A stretch of DNA of 64,000 nt from Chiloscyllium plagiosum (lineage: Eukaryota), in assembly GCF_004010195.1 (NCBI RefSeq), contig NC_057728.1, positions 43,229,431-43,293,430 on the forward strand. Reading direction: 5' to 3'. How positions within the stretch are numbered: position 1 is the first letter of the stretch; every line of letters starts with the position of its first letter. This document shows positions 1-13,700 of the stretch, piece after piece. Under the pieces are notes generated by a model, which was not told the origin of the DNA, ran no database searches, and was given only the letters and a program-made list of their open reading frames with translations. Position numbers and translations under genes: made by a program.

Positions 1-1195
1 CCCCCCCACCTTACTAGTTTAAATCCTCCCAAGCAGTTTTAGCAAATTTCCCTGCCAGTATATTAGTCCCCTTCTAATTTAGGTGCAATCCGTCCTTCTT
101 GTACAGGTCACTTCTACCCCAAAAGAGATTCCAATGATCCAAAAATGTGAATCCTTCTCCCACACACCCGCTCCTCAGCCATGCATTCATCTGCTCGATC
201 CTCCTATTCCGGCCCTCACTAGCTCGTAGCACTGGGAGTAATCCAGATATTACTACCCTTGAGGACCTCCTTTTTAAATTTCTACCTAACTCTCTGTAAT
301 CTCCCTTCAGAGTCTCAACCTCTTCCCTTCTAATGTGGACAATGACCTCCTGCTGGCCCCTCTCCGCCATGAGAACATTCTGCACCCTCTGAGACATCCT
401 TGATCCTGGCACCAGGAAAACAACACACCATTCTACTTTTTCGCTGCTGGCCACAGAAATGTCTGTCTGTACCTCTGACTACAGAATCCCCTAACACAAT
501 TGATCTCTTGGAAGCCGATGTACCCCTCGCTGCATTAGAGTCAGTCTCAATACCAGAAACTTGGCTGTTTGTGCTACGTTCCTCTGAGAATCCATCACAT
601 TTTCCAAAACAGCATACCTGTTTGAAATGGGTATATCCACAAAAGACTCCTGCTCCAGCTGCCTACCTCTTACCCTTCTTGCAGTTAACCCATCTATGTG
701 ACTGTATCTGAGACTTCCCCCCTTTCTATAACTGTCATCCATCACATACTGTTGCTGTTGCAAATTCTTCATCGCTTCTATCTGTCTCTCCAACCGATCC
801 ACTCGATTTGATAAGATTCGCATCCAACAGCATTTATGGCAGATATAATCCACAGTAACCCTTAAACTCTCTTTAAACTCCCACATCTGACAAGAAGTAC
901 ATATCACTGCAAAGGCCATTTTTGCTCTTTCACAATCTACAGACCCAGAAAATAACACCGTCTAATTCCTCTACAAACACTGTCCCAGGTTAAACTAATA
1001 GCTATGACTTATATTTTAAGTTTAATCTAGAGACTTATCTTCAAAAACATAATCAAGAAAGAATCCACTGCACCCACTACTGCAGCCTTTCTCTTGGACA
1101 GACTTCAAACAACAATTAACTTATCTGAATCTGTGCTGTGAAGTTCGCCCAACAGTTCCTCCAAGATTAGTTGTGAATTTCACTGTTTGTTATTG
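1..1195 (-). mobile_element. CR1-clade LINE, 5' UTR and degenerate ORF1 (Cys-rich/coiled-coil plus SGNH esterase)
   Basis: ORFs 491..958 (CTSCQMW..YICHKC..LERQIE) and 74..454 (VVISGLLPV..DHWNLFW..KKDGLHLN); homologous to the ORF1s at 5237 and 10975. Confidence 0.85.
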
Positions 1196-1204
1196 TCTGC
1201 GAAT

Positions 1205-1520
1205 TTACTGATAAACCCTCCCCCTTCCCCCAACATTCAAATCTAGATCATTTATATAAACTACAAACAGCAAGGGCCCTAACACTGAACCCTGTGGGAT
1301 CCCAGTGGGTACAGACTCCCAGTCAGAAAGACACCCCTCAACCATTATCCTCTGTTTCTTGCCACTTAGCCAATTGTGGATCCAATTGCCAAATTTTCTT
1401 GATCCCACAGACCCTTACCTTTGTTATCAGGACATTTTCAAAAGCCTTGCTGATGTCCAATTAGACTGCATCAAAACCGTTGCGCTCCTCTAGACACCTG
1501 GTCACCTCTTCAAAAAATTC
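1205..1520 (-). mobile_element. CR1 reverse-transcriptase fragment
   Basis: [21 protein letters not shown] in ORF 1205..1408. Confidence 0.85.
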
Positions 1521-2334
1521 AGTTCAATTAAGTTTATGGCATAACTGTGGCCTCTGTCTAAAAGATAGACTTCTTGACTGTTCTCAGTATTAAAATGGGA
1601 TATGGTTTTTTTTCAAAAGATTTCTAATCTCCTTTCTGTAGGTAAGTACTACAAACAGACTTTGTGATACAATACAGCTAAAGTTGCCAGTTCACTTGTT
1701 AGTAACTGGACACAAATGTGCAGTCCTACTATGCATTAGTTTTTAAAATATACTTGGACATCAAACATTTGAGAACAAGTTGATTTGAATGGTTGTGTTG
1801 CTTATATAATTGCACTCACATATCATTTGTAGCAAAATCTTTACAATAAGTTTTATAACTGATTACTTTGTATTGCCGAAGAAAAGAAGCTTTTTATCTT
1901 GCACCCGTAGGACAGCTGCAAAGGCAATTAACAGTCAATCATCATTAACTGCTACATTATCCATGAGTGTCTCTACCAATCAAAGCCCATTTGCCAAAAA
2001 TTAGAATGATCATCTTACAGTATAAAAGTATTGGTTGTCCTCTTTGTTGGTATTCTTGTAAATTATCCTGAGTCTGAGATAAAAAGTATTGACAAAATGC
2101 GTCTTTTCAGTAATATTCAGGTTCTGTACGATTAAACAACAATTATGTTGTGTTCTTCATAAAAACAAAATAAAATTTTTAAAAATCTTTTGAGAAATAT
2201 TTAATTTTTTTTTCCCTAAAGTTACAATTAAAAACGTCTGAGCCAACAGCTGAGCTTGCCAACAGTCTGTTAAGGTAGTCATACTTACCACAATGAAACA
2301 ACCAAGACGGGATGGAAGATCCACAATTATTTCC

Positions 2335-4090
2335 ATTCTCAATTATGGGGGAACAAAGCACATCAATACAAAAGGGAAGACTGATGCATTTGCCTCCCTG
2401 TTCAGCGACAGGTGCTAAGTGGATGATCCATCTTGACTTCCCCCTGAGGTCCCCAACATTGCAGTTGCCAGTCTTCATTCAATTTTATTCTCTCCACGTG
2501 TTAACAAGAAATGGCTGAAGACACGAAAACTGAAGAGGTGATGGACCCTAACAACACAATAGCACTGAAGAGTTCAGCTCCAGAACTAGCCATGCCGCTA
2601 GCCAAGCTATTCTGTCAATGTGGGAAATTGCCAAGGTATCTCATCTGTACGAAAAACAGTGCCAATTAACCCAGTTAATTATCATTCTATCAGCCGTCTA
2701 TTGACCATCAGTAAACTGTTGGAAGGAGTGTGACGATACTGCTTCTTTGTCAAATTTATTTTGTCCTTGGGCTTTTTTGTGAGCAGTCGTAAATGCAGAG
2801 GTTCCGATGTGTCTGGTTTGTGTGTTTCAGGGCCAATTTCATTAGGGATAACAGATACTGCCTTGGACAAAAGGCTTTCAAGTTTAAATAAAAAGTTGTT
2901 CAATGAAAGAGGAGTGGCCAGTTCTCCAAGCTCAGCTCATCTCTGGTTTGTTTTGGTTATAGCAGTCTGGTTATTTTGAGCTGGTGGTTAATTTTTAGCT
3001 GGGAACCCAGAGGTTCTTTATTTGGACTCAAAGAAGTAGCTCCATGCTGATCCTCTGTCTCTGACATTTCTCCTGGAAGAACCAGTGTTTGATTTTACAT
3101 TTTTTTGCCAAAGGTGTTAATGGGGATGTTGTAAGTATTGGGAACAGCATCATTAAGTTGCGATAGAGTCAATTGGATTTTCAGATAAGTTATATTATTC
3201 TATTGTCCGTTCTCTTTTGTTTGTGTCTAAATAAATTGTCTTGTTTAAAACTGAGCGGTTGGGCCAGCTGCATTACTCCTGGTACATACACATCTCACCT
3301 GCTTGAAAAGTTAGTGTCTGGGCTATCTTCTTGAAATCTTTTGAGGGGGTCTGGCATGGTCCATAACAGGAGTTATCAATAAGGCTATCAAATGACACAT
3401 GCAAAAGAAGTATCTGCTGACTGATGCTCCTTGGGTTTTGCCAAGGCAGCTCAGTTCTTGACCTTATTATTTCCTTGTCCCAAATATGGGCAAAAGAGCT
3501 GATCTACAGAGGTAGGATGAGAGTGACTGCCTTGATATGAGGGGAGCTTCAACCCCAGGTATTTCATTCAGGACCCTAGCAAAAATGGGATCAACGGTAA
3601 TCAAGCTGAGAACTCATTTTGATTAACAAATTTGTTCACAGATTGCTGGCATCACTACACCCATTGGATTGCAGTCAAATCTAACACAAAGGCAGATTGT
3701 GAAATTGTTGAAAGCTAATAATCTCAGTCATTGCAGGAATTCCTCACGATAGTGTCCTTGGCCAAACTTTATCTCATGTTACAGGCCCATCTTCAGCTGC
3801 TTCATCAATGATCTTCATCCATCAACAAGTTAGAAGTGAGAATGATAATTGCATAGCATTTAGTACAATTTGCAATTTCTGATGCTGAAGCAGATATGCA
3901 GTAAGACCTGACATTGCTCAACCTTGGGCTGAAAAGCATCATGTATCATACTTGTTCCGCAGAAGTGCCAGATAATGATCATTTTCAACCAAGGAGAATC
4001 TCATCATTTCTCTTTGACATTCAATGGCATTGCCATGCTGAATCCTCCACTATAAACTTAATTGGTTTTACCACTGTCTAGAAACTGAAC
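2335..4090 (+). mobile_element. Old degraded CR1/L2-type LINE RT remnant, split by a solo LTR
   Basis: Residual RT motifs; a SKLLEG|VIN-like stretch continues across the 2729-3368 insertion, and ttcagctgcttcatcaatga (FSCFIND) lies near 3792. Confidence 0.55.
2729..3368 (+). mobile_element. Solo LTR (TGT...ACA) with 4-bp TSD GGAG
   Basis: GGAG at 2725-2728 and 3369-3372 flank TGTGACG...CCATAACA; aataaa near 3229; a similar 3' end occurs at 22283-22337. Confidence 0.75.
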
Positions 4091-4140
4091 AGTTAGTGAG
4101 ATCCATCAACTGGAAAAGCTTCCACTATCTTAATCCCCAT

Positions 4141-4361
4141 CTAGATTAGATTACTTACAGTGTGGAAACAGGCCTTTCGGCCCAATAAGTCTACATCCAC
4201 CCTCCAAAGAGCAACCCACCCAGACCTATTCCCCTACATTTACCCCTTCACTTAACACAATGGGCAATTTAGCATGGCCAATTCACCTAACCTGCAGATT
4301 TTTGGACTGTGGGAGGAAACTGGAGCACCCGGAGGAAACTCATGCAGATACGGGGAGAATC
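4141..4361 (-). mobile_element. HE1/V-SINE family SINE, 5'-truncated
   Basis: V-domain core (ggactgtgggaggaaactggagcacccggaggaaac) and tagat tail repeats, shared with the 21601, 36390 and 62595 copies. Confidence 0.8.
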
Positions 4362-4871
4362 TAGTTTGTGACCACACCAAAGGATTCCTCTGTATGTGCA
4401 CTTCCACATCAGACAGCTACCATTTCGTCCTCTGGACACTTCTATGACTCCTTAATCTTGTACTGGTCAGGCTGCTTCAGAAAGAACTACAGAAAAAAGT
4501 TACAGCATGCAAGTAGGCCATACTGCCCATTGTGTCTGCATTAGGTGGATAAACTAGCTGCCTACACCATTTCCACTTGTCAGTACCTGGTCTGTAGCCT
4601 TGCAGGTTACAGACTTCAGATGCAGATCCAGATACCTTTTGCATGAGTTGAGGTTTTCTGCCTCAATCACCAAACTGAGCAGTGAATTTCAAACAGTCAC
4701 CACTCTCAGGCGAAAAGTTTGTACATCATGTCTATTCTAATTGTCTACCAATCATGTGCCCCCTGACAAGTGACCTTCCTGCTAGAGGAAACATGTCTTC
4801 CCTGTCCATTTTATTCAAGCCAATTAGTTTGTACAATTTGATTAAGTCACTCCTGACCTCATCTACTCCAA

Positions 4872-7800
4872 GAGGTGTGAGGGAGGAACAGAGGACTGCT
4901 GGGAAGGTGAGTATAACAGTTTAAAATACTTACCTCAGGATCGGGACCTCCATTTGCTGAGAGGTGCAAAGGAAGAGCGGAGGACTGCTGGGAAGGTGAG
5001 TAAAAAACAAAATTATTTGAACAGAGCGGCGAGGAGAGAGCGCAGAGAGAAATGAGGGCTGACGGGAAGTTTTTAAGTGGGTGAGATCTAAAGCCGAGAC
5101 CCTACACTGTAGGGCCTTCCTCCCAACCACCTCCTCTAACCTTACTAAGAATCTGTAAACTTGGTAAGTTTTCAGGTTCTCATTTTTTCTTTTCTCCCTT
5201 TGTTTAATCCCGTGCTGGCTTTCAAAGTAGCAGGATATGGATGTTAGGGCAGTTGCATGTTCCTCCTGCAGAATGTAGCAAATGAGAGACACTTCACATG
5301 TCTCTGATGATCACATCTACAGGAAGTGCACTCAACTCCAGCTCCTTGAAAACAGAGTTACAGAGCTGGAGCTGGAGCTGGATGAACTACGGAGAATACG
5401 CGAAGCTGAGGGGCAAATTGAGAGGATGTACAGGGAAGTGGTCACTCCTCAGACACAGGATAAGGACAGCTGGGTTACAGTCAGGGAGAAGAAAGGGAAC
5501 CGACGGACAAAGCAGGGATCCCCTGTGGCTGTTCCCCTCAGCAATAAGTAGACTGTTTTGAATACTGTTGGCAGGGACAGCCTACCACGGGAAAGCCATA
5601 GTTGTCAGGTCTCTGGCACTGAGCCTGGCACTGTCTCAGAAGGGAAGGAGGGAGAATAGAAAGCACTCGTTGTAGGGGACTCAATAGTTAGACAGATTGA
5701 CAGGAGATTTTGTGGTCAGGAATGGGACTCCTGGAAGGTACGTTGCCTCCCTGGTGCCAGGATCCAGGATGTCGCCAATCGGGTTTACAAGATTCTGAAG
5801 GGGGAAGGTGAGCAGCCAGAAATTGTGGTAGATATTGGCACCAATGATATAGCCAGGAAAGGGATTGTGAATCTGAAAAGTGACTACAGAGAGCTAGGTT
5901 GGAAGCTGAAGAGCAGGATGAGTAGAGTATGATCTCGGGTTTGCTACTGGTGCCATGAGATAGTGAGGTGAAGAACAGTCAGCGAATGCAGCTTTAACAC
6001 GTGGCTGCGAGGCTGGTGCAGAAGGGAGGGCTTCAGATACCTAGACCATTGGGATGCCTTCTGGGGAAGGTGGGACCCATACATGAAGGGTGGGTTGCAC
6101 CTGAACTGGAGGGGCACAAATGTCCTGGGTGGGAGATTTGCTCATGTGGTTGCTTGTTTTTCCAGATTTAAAACATTTAGGGAGGGTGGAAAAAGAGGAG
6201 GGGGTGTAGCATCGCTAATCAGAGAGTGCATCACAGCTACAGAAATGAAGGTTAAGGACGGTTTGTCAACTGAGTCAGGATGGGTAGAAGTGTGGGAGGG
6301 TTTAAACGAGTTTGGCAGAGGGGGGTGGGAATCAGAGCTGCATATCTGAGAGGGAGATGGAGCAGTGACAGGATGTAGTGAATCTATCAGGAAGGTTTAT
6401 CACACGATGAAACAAAGGAATTAGTTAAAGTGTGTCTGCTTTAACGCAAGGAGTGTCAGAAATAAGAATGGCGAACCTAGAGCATGGATCAGCACTTGGG
6501 GCTATGATGTTGTGGCCCTAACGGAGACGTGGGTTTCACAGGGGCAGGAATGGGTGCTTGATGTTCCAGGGTTTAGAACATTTAAAAAGAACAGGGAAGG
6601 TGGAAAAAGAGGAGGCAGTGTAGCATTGCTCATCACAGAGTGCATCACAGCTACAGAAACGAATGTTGTTGCAGAAGTTTTGTCCACTGAGTCAGTATGG
6701 GTGGAAGTTAGGAACAGCAAGGGAGCAGCCATCTCATTGGGGGTTTTCTACAGACCCCCCAATAGCAGTAGAGAGACTGAAGAACTCATAGGTGGGCAGA
6801 TTTTGGAAAAATGCAGATGTAGCAGGGTTGTTGTTATGGGTGATTTCAACTTTCCCAATATCGATTGGAACCTCCTTAGTGCAGATGGTTTGGATGGAGC
6901 CATTTTTGTCAGGTGCGTTCAGGAGGGTTTCCTTACTCAGTATGTAGACAAACCGAAGAGGGGAGAGGCCATTTTGGACCTAGTGCTTGGCAATGAGGTG
7001 TCAGATCTCGTGGTGGGAGAACACTTTGGCGACAGTGACCAAAACTGCCTCACATTTATGATAGCCAGGGAGAGGGAAAGGAGCAGGTACCATGGAAAGA
7101 TTTTTAATTGGGGAAAAGGGAATTATGATGCTATCAGACAGGGGTTGGGAAGTACAGATTGGGAGCAATTCTTCCACAGATAGGGCACATCAGACATGTG
7201 GAGACTGTTTAAAGAGCAGCTGTTGCGAGTGATGCACGCATTTATTCCTCTGAGACAGGTAAGAAGGGGTAAGATTAAGGAACCTTGGATGATGAGGACA
7301 GAGGAGCTTCTCGTCAAAAGGAAGGCGGCAGCTTACGTAAGGTGGAGGAAACAAGGATCCAGCACAGCTTTAGAGGACTACAGGCTTGCTAGAAAGGAGC
7401 TCAGAAATTTACTGAGGAGATCCAGGAGCAGGCTTGGCAATAAGGATTAGGGAGAACCCAAAGGCATTTTACTCACACGTGAGGAATAAAAGAATGATCA
7501 GGGAGAAGGTCAGGCAATCAGGGATAGCATAGGGAACTTGTGCGTGGAGTCTGAGCAGATAGGGGAAGCCCTAAATGAGTTAGTCCGTTCACTAAGGAAG
7601 AGGACTTTGTTGTGAATGAGAACTTTGAGGAGCTGGGATACAGGCTTGAACAGATCAAGATTGATGAAATTGATATGCTGGAAATTTTGGCAAACATTAA
7701 GATTGAAAAGTTCCCAGGGCCAGACCAGATTTATCCTAGGCTGCTCTGGGAATTGAGAAAGGAGGTTGCCAGGCTGCTGGCGCAGATCTTTGCCTCCTCA

Positions 7801-9227
7801 CTCTACACGAGAGTTGAACCGGAGGATTGGAAAGAGGTGAACGGTGTTCCTCTTTTCAAGAAGGATAATAGGGAAATCCCCGGCAATTACAGACCAGTCA
7901 GTCTTACGTCTGTGGTCAGCAAGATTTTGGAAAGAATTCTGAGGGATAGGATTTATGACTATTTGGAAAAGCATAGCATGATTAAAGGCAGTCAGCATGG
8001 CTTTGTGAGGGGCAAGTCATGCCTCACAAATCTTATTGAGTTCTTTGAGGTGAAGAGACAGGTCGACGAAGGTCGAACAGTGGATTTGTGTATGGACTTC
8101 AGCAAGGCATTTGATAAGGTTCCCTATGGTAGGCCCATTCATAAAGTCAGGAAGTATGGCATACAGGGAGATTTGGCAGTCTGGATTCAGAATTGGTTGG
8201 CTGACAGAAGGCAGAGAGTGGTTGTAGATGGAAAGTATTCTGCCTGGAGATCAGTGTTGAGTGGGGTCCTACAGGGCTCTGTTCTTGGGCCTCTGCTCTT
8301 TGTAGTTTTTATAAATGATTTGTATGAGGAGGTTGAGGGGTGGTTTAGTAGATGACACAAAGGTTGGAGGTGTCATTGATAGTATCGAGGGCTATGGCAG
8401 GCTACAGCGCGACATAGACAGGATGCAGAGCTGGGCTTAAAAATGGCAGATGGACTTCAACCTGGATAAATGCGAAGTGATGCATTTTGGAAGGTCGAAC
8501 TTGAATGCTGAATATAGGATTAAAGACAGGATTCTTGGTAGTGTGGAGGAACAGGGGGATCTTGGTGTTCAAGTGCATAGATCCCTCAAAGTTGCTACCC
8601 ATTTGGATCAGGTTGTTAAGAAAGCATATTGTGTTTTGGCTTTCATGAACAGGGGGATTGAGTTTAAGAGCTACAATGTTATGCTATGGCCCTACAAGTC
8701 CCTGGTGAGACCACACTTGGATTACTGTGTCCAGTTCTGGTCACCCTACTATAGCAAAAATACAGAGGCTTTGGAGAGGGTGCAAAGGAGGTTTACCAGG
8801 ATGCTGCCTTATGAAGAGATTGTCTAAGCTTGGACTTTTCTCTCTGGAGAGAAGGAGGAAGAGAGGTGACCTGATTGAGGCATACAAGATAATGAGAGGC
8901 ATGGATAGAGTCAATAGCTAGAGACATTTCCCCAGGGCAGGATTGACTGGCATGCCGGTTTTAAGATATTAGAAGAAAGGTATAAAGGGAATGTCATAGG
9001 AAGGTTCTTTACACAGAGTTGTGAATGCATGGAAAGCGTTGCCAGTGGTGGTGGTGGTGGAAGCAGAATCATTAGGGATATTTAAGCGACTGATGGACAT
9101 GCACATGGATAGCAGTGAATTGAGGGGTGTGTAGATTAAGTTATTTTATTTTACATTAGGATTAATGCTCAGCACAACACCGTGGGCCAAAGGGCCTGTT
9201 CTGCGCTGTACTTTTCTATGTTCTATG
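4872..9227 (+). mobile_element. Near full-length CR1 LINE (5' UTR, ORF1 about 5237-6310, ORF2 APE+RT about 6430-9130), inactivated
   Basis: Esterase motifs GDS and GLHLN; endonuclease motifs LTETW, YRPPNS, MGDFN, GDSD; RT motifs YRPVSLTS, QGSVLGP; ttctatg tail repeats; many stops and frameshifts. Confidence 0.93.
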
Positions 9228-9990
9228 AAGGCAATCTAGTCCATTCAATGTTTCCTTCTACCTGCAATTTTAAAGTCCTGCAACATTTTTGTAAATCTCC
9301 ACTGTACTCTCTTGAGCAATTATGTCTTTCCTGTAAGGGGATGACCATAACTGTGTACAAACTCCAGCTGTGGCCTAACCAGTATCTTATGTTACTCCAA
9401 CATTATATCCCTGCTCTTGTTTTAATATCTCACACAATGAAGGAAAGCATCCCGTATGCTTTCTTTACCACTTTAGCTACTGTCTTTCTACCTTCAGCAA
9501 CCTGTGGATATGCACTCCAACATCTCATTTCCTCGAACCCTCCCAAAGCTTTCCGCATTAATTGTTTATTCCCTTGCTTTGTCTGCCTTCTCCAAATTCA
9601 TAACCATGTACTTCTCTGGACTGAAGAAATTCATTTGCCACTTTTCTGCCCATCCAACAAAACCGTTATTTGGAATACAGTCAATATTTACAATTAACAG
9701 CTAACCTCTTCACTATTAACTACCCAGCCAATTTTTGTGGGACTTGCAAATTTTCTAATCAAACCTTGTCTTTGAGAGTTTTAATTACTAATATATATAA
9801 AACAAGCATCAAGGGATACAACACTGAGCCCTGTGGAAACCCACTGGAAGCCACTTTCTATTTGCATTCTTTTCATACTTTCTATTGCCATCAATCATTA
9901 TCCTTATTTCTTCTCACTGAGTCAATTTGTAATTAATTCACTGGATTCTCCAGTATCTTATCAGTTTTAATTTTTCTTAGTAGTCTATCA
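9228..9990 (-). mobile_element. Older CR1 RT remnant; its 3' portion lies at about 4480-4870, split by the younger CR1
   Basis: Reverse-strand PQGSVL-like motif near 9825-9845 and CR1 3'-region similarity. Confidence 0.6.
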
Positions 9991-9993
9991 TAT

Positions 9994-10738
9994 GGAACAA
10001 GCAAACAAAACATGTTCAGAAACCCAAGCCACTCTCCCCTACATCAAAGACATCTCAGAAATGACTGCCAGACTAGTGAGATCCCTTGGCATCATGGTAG
10101 CCCACAAACCCACCAACACACTAAACCAGCAGCTAATGAACTTGAAAGACCCTATGCAGATAACAAGCAAAACTAATGTCATTTACAAAATACCTTGCAA
10201 GAACTGTAACAAACACTACTTTGGACAAACAGGCAGAAAACTAGCCACCAGGATGCGTGAACATCAACTAGCCAAAAAAATGACAGGACCCACTCTCACT
10301 AGTATTCTTACATTCGGATGAGGAAGATCACCACTTCGACTAGAACAACACATCCATCCTAGGACAAGCCAAACAGAGACATTCACAAGAATTCCTAGAA
10401 ACCTTGTTTTGGTTTGTTGTTCAGAAATCGGTGGACTGTGTTCATTGGGTACCCGTAATTTTTGAATACACTGTATAGGTGATCTTCCTCTGCTCTGAGT
10501 AGTTCCTCTGTGCTGCAGTGTGGTGGTTCATTGAAATAATGTTCTAATGCAGCTTCATTTGTGGGTGTTGGGATGATTGCTTCTATAGTTCACTATTTGG
10601 TCTGTATGTGTTGTTTTCCTGTAGATGCTGGTTTGAAGTTCCCCATTGGCTGTTTGTTCTACTGCGAAATTTAGGAATGGCAGTTTGTTCTTGTTTTCCT
10701 CCTCTTTAGTAAATTTTATGCCAATAAGGGTATTACTT
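9994..10738. mobile_element. Penelope-like element (Poseidon-type): GIY-YIG part on +, inverted RT C-terminal part on -
   Basis: ORF 9992..10321 ([38 protein letters not shown]); 10402-10738 minus encodes [21 protein letters not shown]; the RT appears to continue at about 17372-17600. Confidence 0.82.
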
Positions 10739-13700
10739 TGACAGAGCGGCGAGGAGAGAAGGTGAGGTGAAGCGAGGGCTGCCAGGAAGTTCAGGGCTTA
10801 ATTTATATTTGGGCAGTGATTAAACCCAAGATACTACACGTGTAGTATCTCCCTCCTGACCCTTCCTCTAACCGGGAGAAAGAGACTCTAAGGTAAGGCT
10901 TTTATTTCTTTATCTTTCTTTTTCATATATTTAAGTGCATGATTTGGTATCAATTCATATAAAGCTAAACTTACAATGGCAGGGGACCTGTGGCATGTGC
11001 CTCTTGCTTGATGTGGGAGCTTAGGAACGTGTCTGATGTTCCTGACTCTTACACTTGCAAGTAGTGTGTCCAGCTGTAGCTCTTGTTTAACTGCATGACG
11101 GCTCTGGAGCTGCGGATGGACTCACTGTGGAGCATCCACGATGCTAAGGAAGTCGTGGATAGCACGTTTAGCGAACTGGTCACACCGCAGGTTAGAATTG
11201 CTGAAGGAAACGGTGAATGGGTGACCAAAAGACAGAAAAAAAAGTAGGAAGGCAGTGCAGGTGTCCCTTGCAGCCAACGCCCTCCAAAACAGGTATACTG
11301 TTTTGGATACTGTTGGGGGAGGTGACTTACCAGGGGAGGGCAGTAGTTGTCAAGATCATGACACTGTGGTGGGCACTAATCTTCAGAAGGGCTAGAAAAA
11401 GACTCGTAGGGCCATTGTCATAGGGGATTCTATTGTGAGGGGAGTACATAGGACGTCTGTGGCCGAAAATGGGACTCCCGGAATGGTATGTTGTCTCCCA
11501 GGTGCTCAGGTCAGGATGTCACCGATCGGCTGTTGTCTTGGTGCGTATAGACACCAACAATATAAGTAGAAAACGAGATGAGGCCCTTAAAGAAGAAATA
11601 AGGGAGCTAGGAGAGAAGTTAAAGAGGAGGACCTTAAAGTAAGTGATCTCGGGATTACTACCAGCGCCACGTGCTGGCCAGTGTAGAAATGAAAAAATAG
11701 GCAGGATGGACACGTGGCTTGAGAGATGGTGTAGGAGGGAGGGGTTCAGATTTGTTGGACATTGGGACCAGTTCTGGGGAAGGTGGGACTATTACAAAAT
11801 GGACGGTCTACATCTGAACCAGACCAGAACCAATGACCTTGGGGGGGTTTGCTACTGCTGTTGGGAAGGTTTTTAAGTAATGTGGCAGGGGACTGGAAAC
11901 CAGAAGAGAAAACAAGTAAGCAGTGGGGTGGAGATTGGAGACTGTAAGAATCATGAAGACAGCATTAATAAGGGGAAGAGTAGGCAGGGAGCAGATGAGT
12001 GCAAAAGAACTGGTGGCCTGAAAAGCATCTACTTTAATGCAAGGAGTATAGTGTGTAAGGTAGATGAACTTACGGCTTGGATTGGTGCCTGGGAGTATGA
12101 CGTTATTGCAATTACAGAGACTTGGTTGAAGGAAGGGCATGATGATTGGCAACTAAAATATTCTAGTATATAGATGCTTCAGACAGGACAGAGAGAGGGA
12201 AGTAAAGGGGGGTGAGGGGGGGAGTTGCATTGCTGGTCAGGGATGATATCATGACTGTGCTAAAGGAGGACACTATGGAGGTCTTGGGGAGTGAGGCATT
12301 ATGGGTGGAGCTGAGAAATAAGAAGGGTGCAGTTACATTGTTGGGGCTGTATTACAGGCCTCCCAACAGTGAACGTGAGGTAGAAGAACAATTAGGTAAA
12401 CAGATTATGGAAAGATGTAGAGGCANNNNNNNNNNNNNNNNNNNNNNNNNNNNNNNNNNNNNNNNNNNNNNNNNNNNNNNNNNNNNNNNNNNNNNNNNNN
12501 NNNNNNNNNNNNNNNNNNNNNNNNNNNNNNNNNNNNNNNNNNNNNNNNNNNNNNNNNNNNNNNNNNNNNNNNNNNNNNNNNNNNNNNNNNNNNNNNNNNN
12601 NNNNNNNNGATAGTGCAGGATAGGCATGTCCCGTTGAAGGCAAAGGATAGGAAAGGCAAGATTCGTGAACCGTGGATGACAGGAGAAATTGTACAACGAG
12701 CCAAAAGGAAAAGGGAAGCGTACATAAGGTCTAGGCAGCTAAGAACAGAACGGGCCTTGGAGGAATATCAGAAGAGTAGGACAAGTCTTAAATGAGGAAT
12801 CAAATGGGCTAAAAGGGGTCATGAAATAGCTTTAGCAAGTAGAATTAAGGAGAATCCCAAAGCATTTTATTCTTACATAAGAAGCAAGCGGGTAACTAGA
12901 GAAAGGATTGGTCCACTAAAGAATAATGAAGGAAGGCTGTATGTCAAACCTGAGAGATTCTGAATGATTACTTTGCATCAGTGTTCACTGAACATGATGA
13001 ATCTTGAGATTAGAGTTAGAGGTTTGATTAATCTGGATCACGTTGACATAAGTAGGGAAGATGTGTTGGGTTGGCTAGAGGTTAAGGTGGACAAATCCCC
13101 AGGACCGGATGGGATCTATCCCAGGTTACTGAGGGAGGCAAGAGAGGAAATAGCTGGGGCCCTGACAGTTATCTTTGTGGCATCCTTAAATACAGGTCAG
13201 GAGCCGGAGGACTGGAAAGTTGCTCATGTTGTCCCCCTGTACAAGAAGGGTAGTAGGGATATTCCTAGCTACAGACCAGTGAGCCTGACATCGGTGGTGG
13301 GAAAGTTGCTGGAGAGGGTACTGAGGGATAGGATCTATTTATATAGGGAAAAGAATGGGCTTATCAGTGATAGGCAACATGGATTTGTGCAGGGGAGATT
13401 GTGCCTTACCAACTTAGAGTTCTTTGAGGAAGTGACCAAGTTGATAGATGAAGGAAAGGTTGTTGATGTCATTTACATGGACTTTAGTAAGGCGTTTGAT
13501 AAGGTTCCCCATGGTAGACTAATGGAGAAGGTGAAGTCACATGGTGTGCAAGGTGTTCTCGCTAGGTGGATAAAGAACAGGTTGAGCAACAGGAGATAGT
13601 AGTGGTTGAAGGGAGTTTCTCGAAATGGAGAAAAGTGACCAGTGGTGTTCCACAGAGGTCAGTGTTGGGGCCACTGTTGTTTATAATATACATAAATGAT

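Noticed and set aside
1530..2330. AT-rich unique stretch as PPFIA2 3' UTR
   Set aside because: No linked coding exon or clear boundaries; cannot be supported from sequence alone.
6512..8827. Endonuclease and RT ORFs as an active LINE or host gene
   Set aside because: Fragmented by many stops and frameshifts; a dead CR1 copy.
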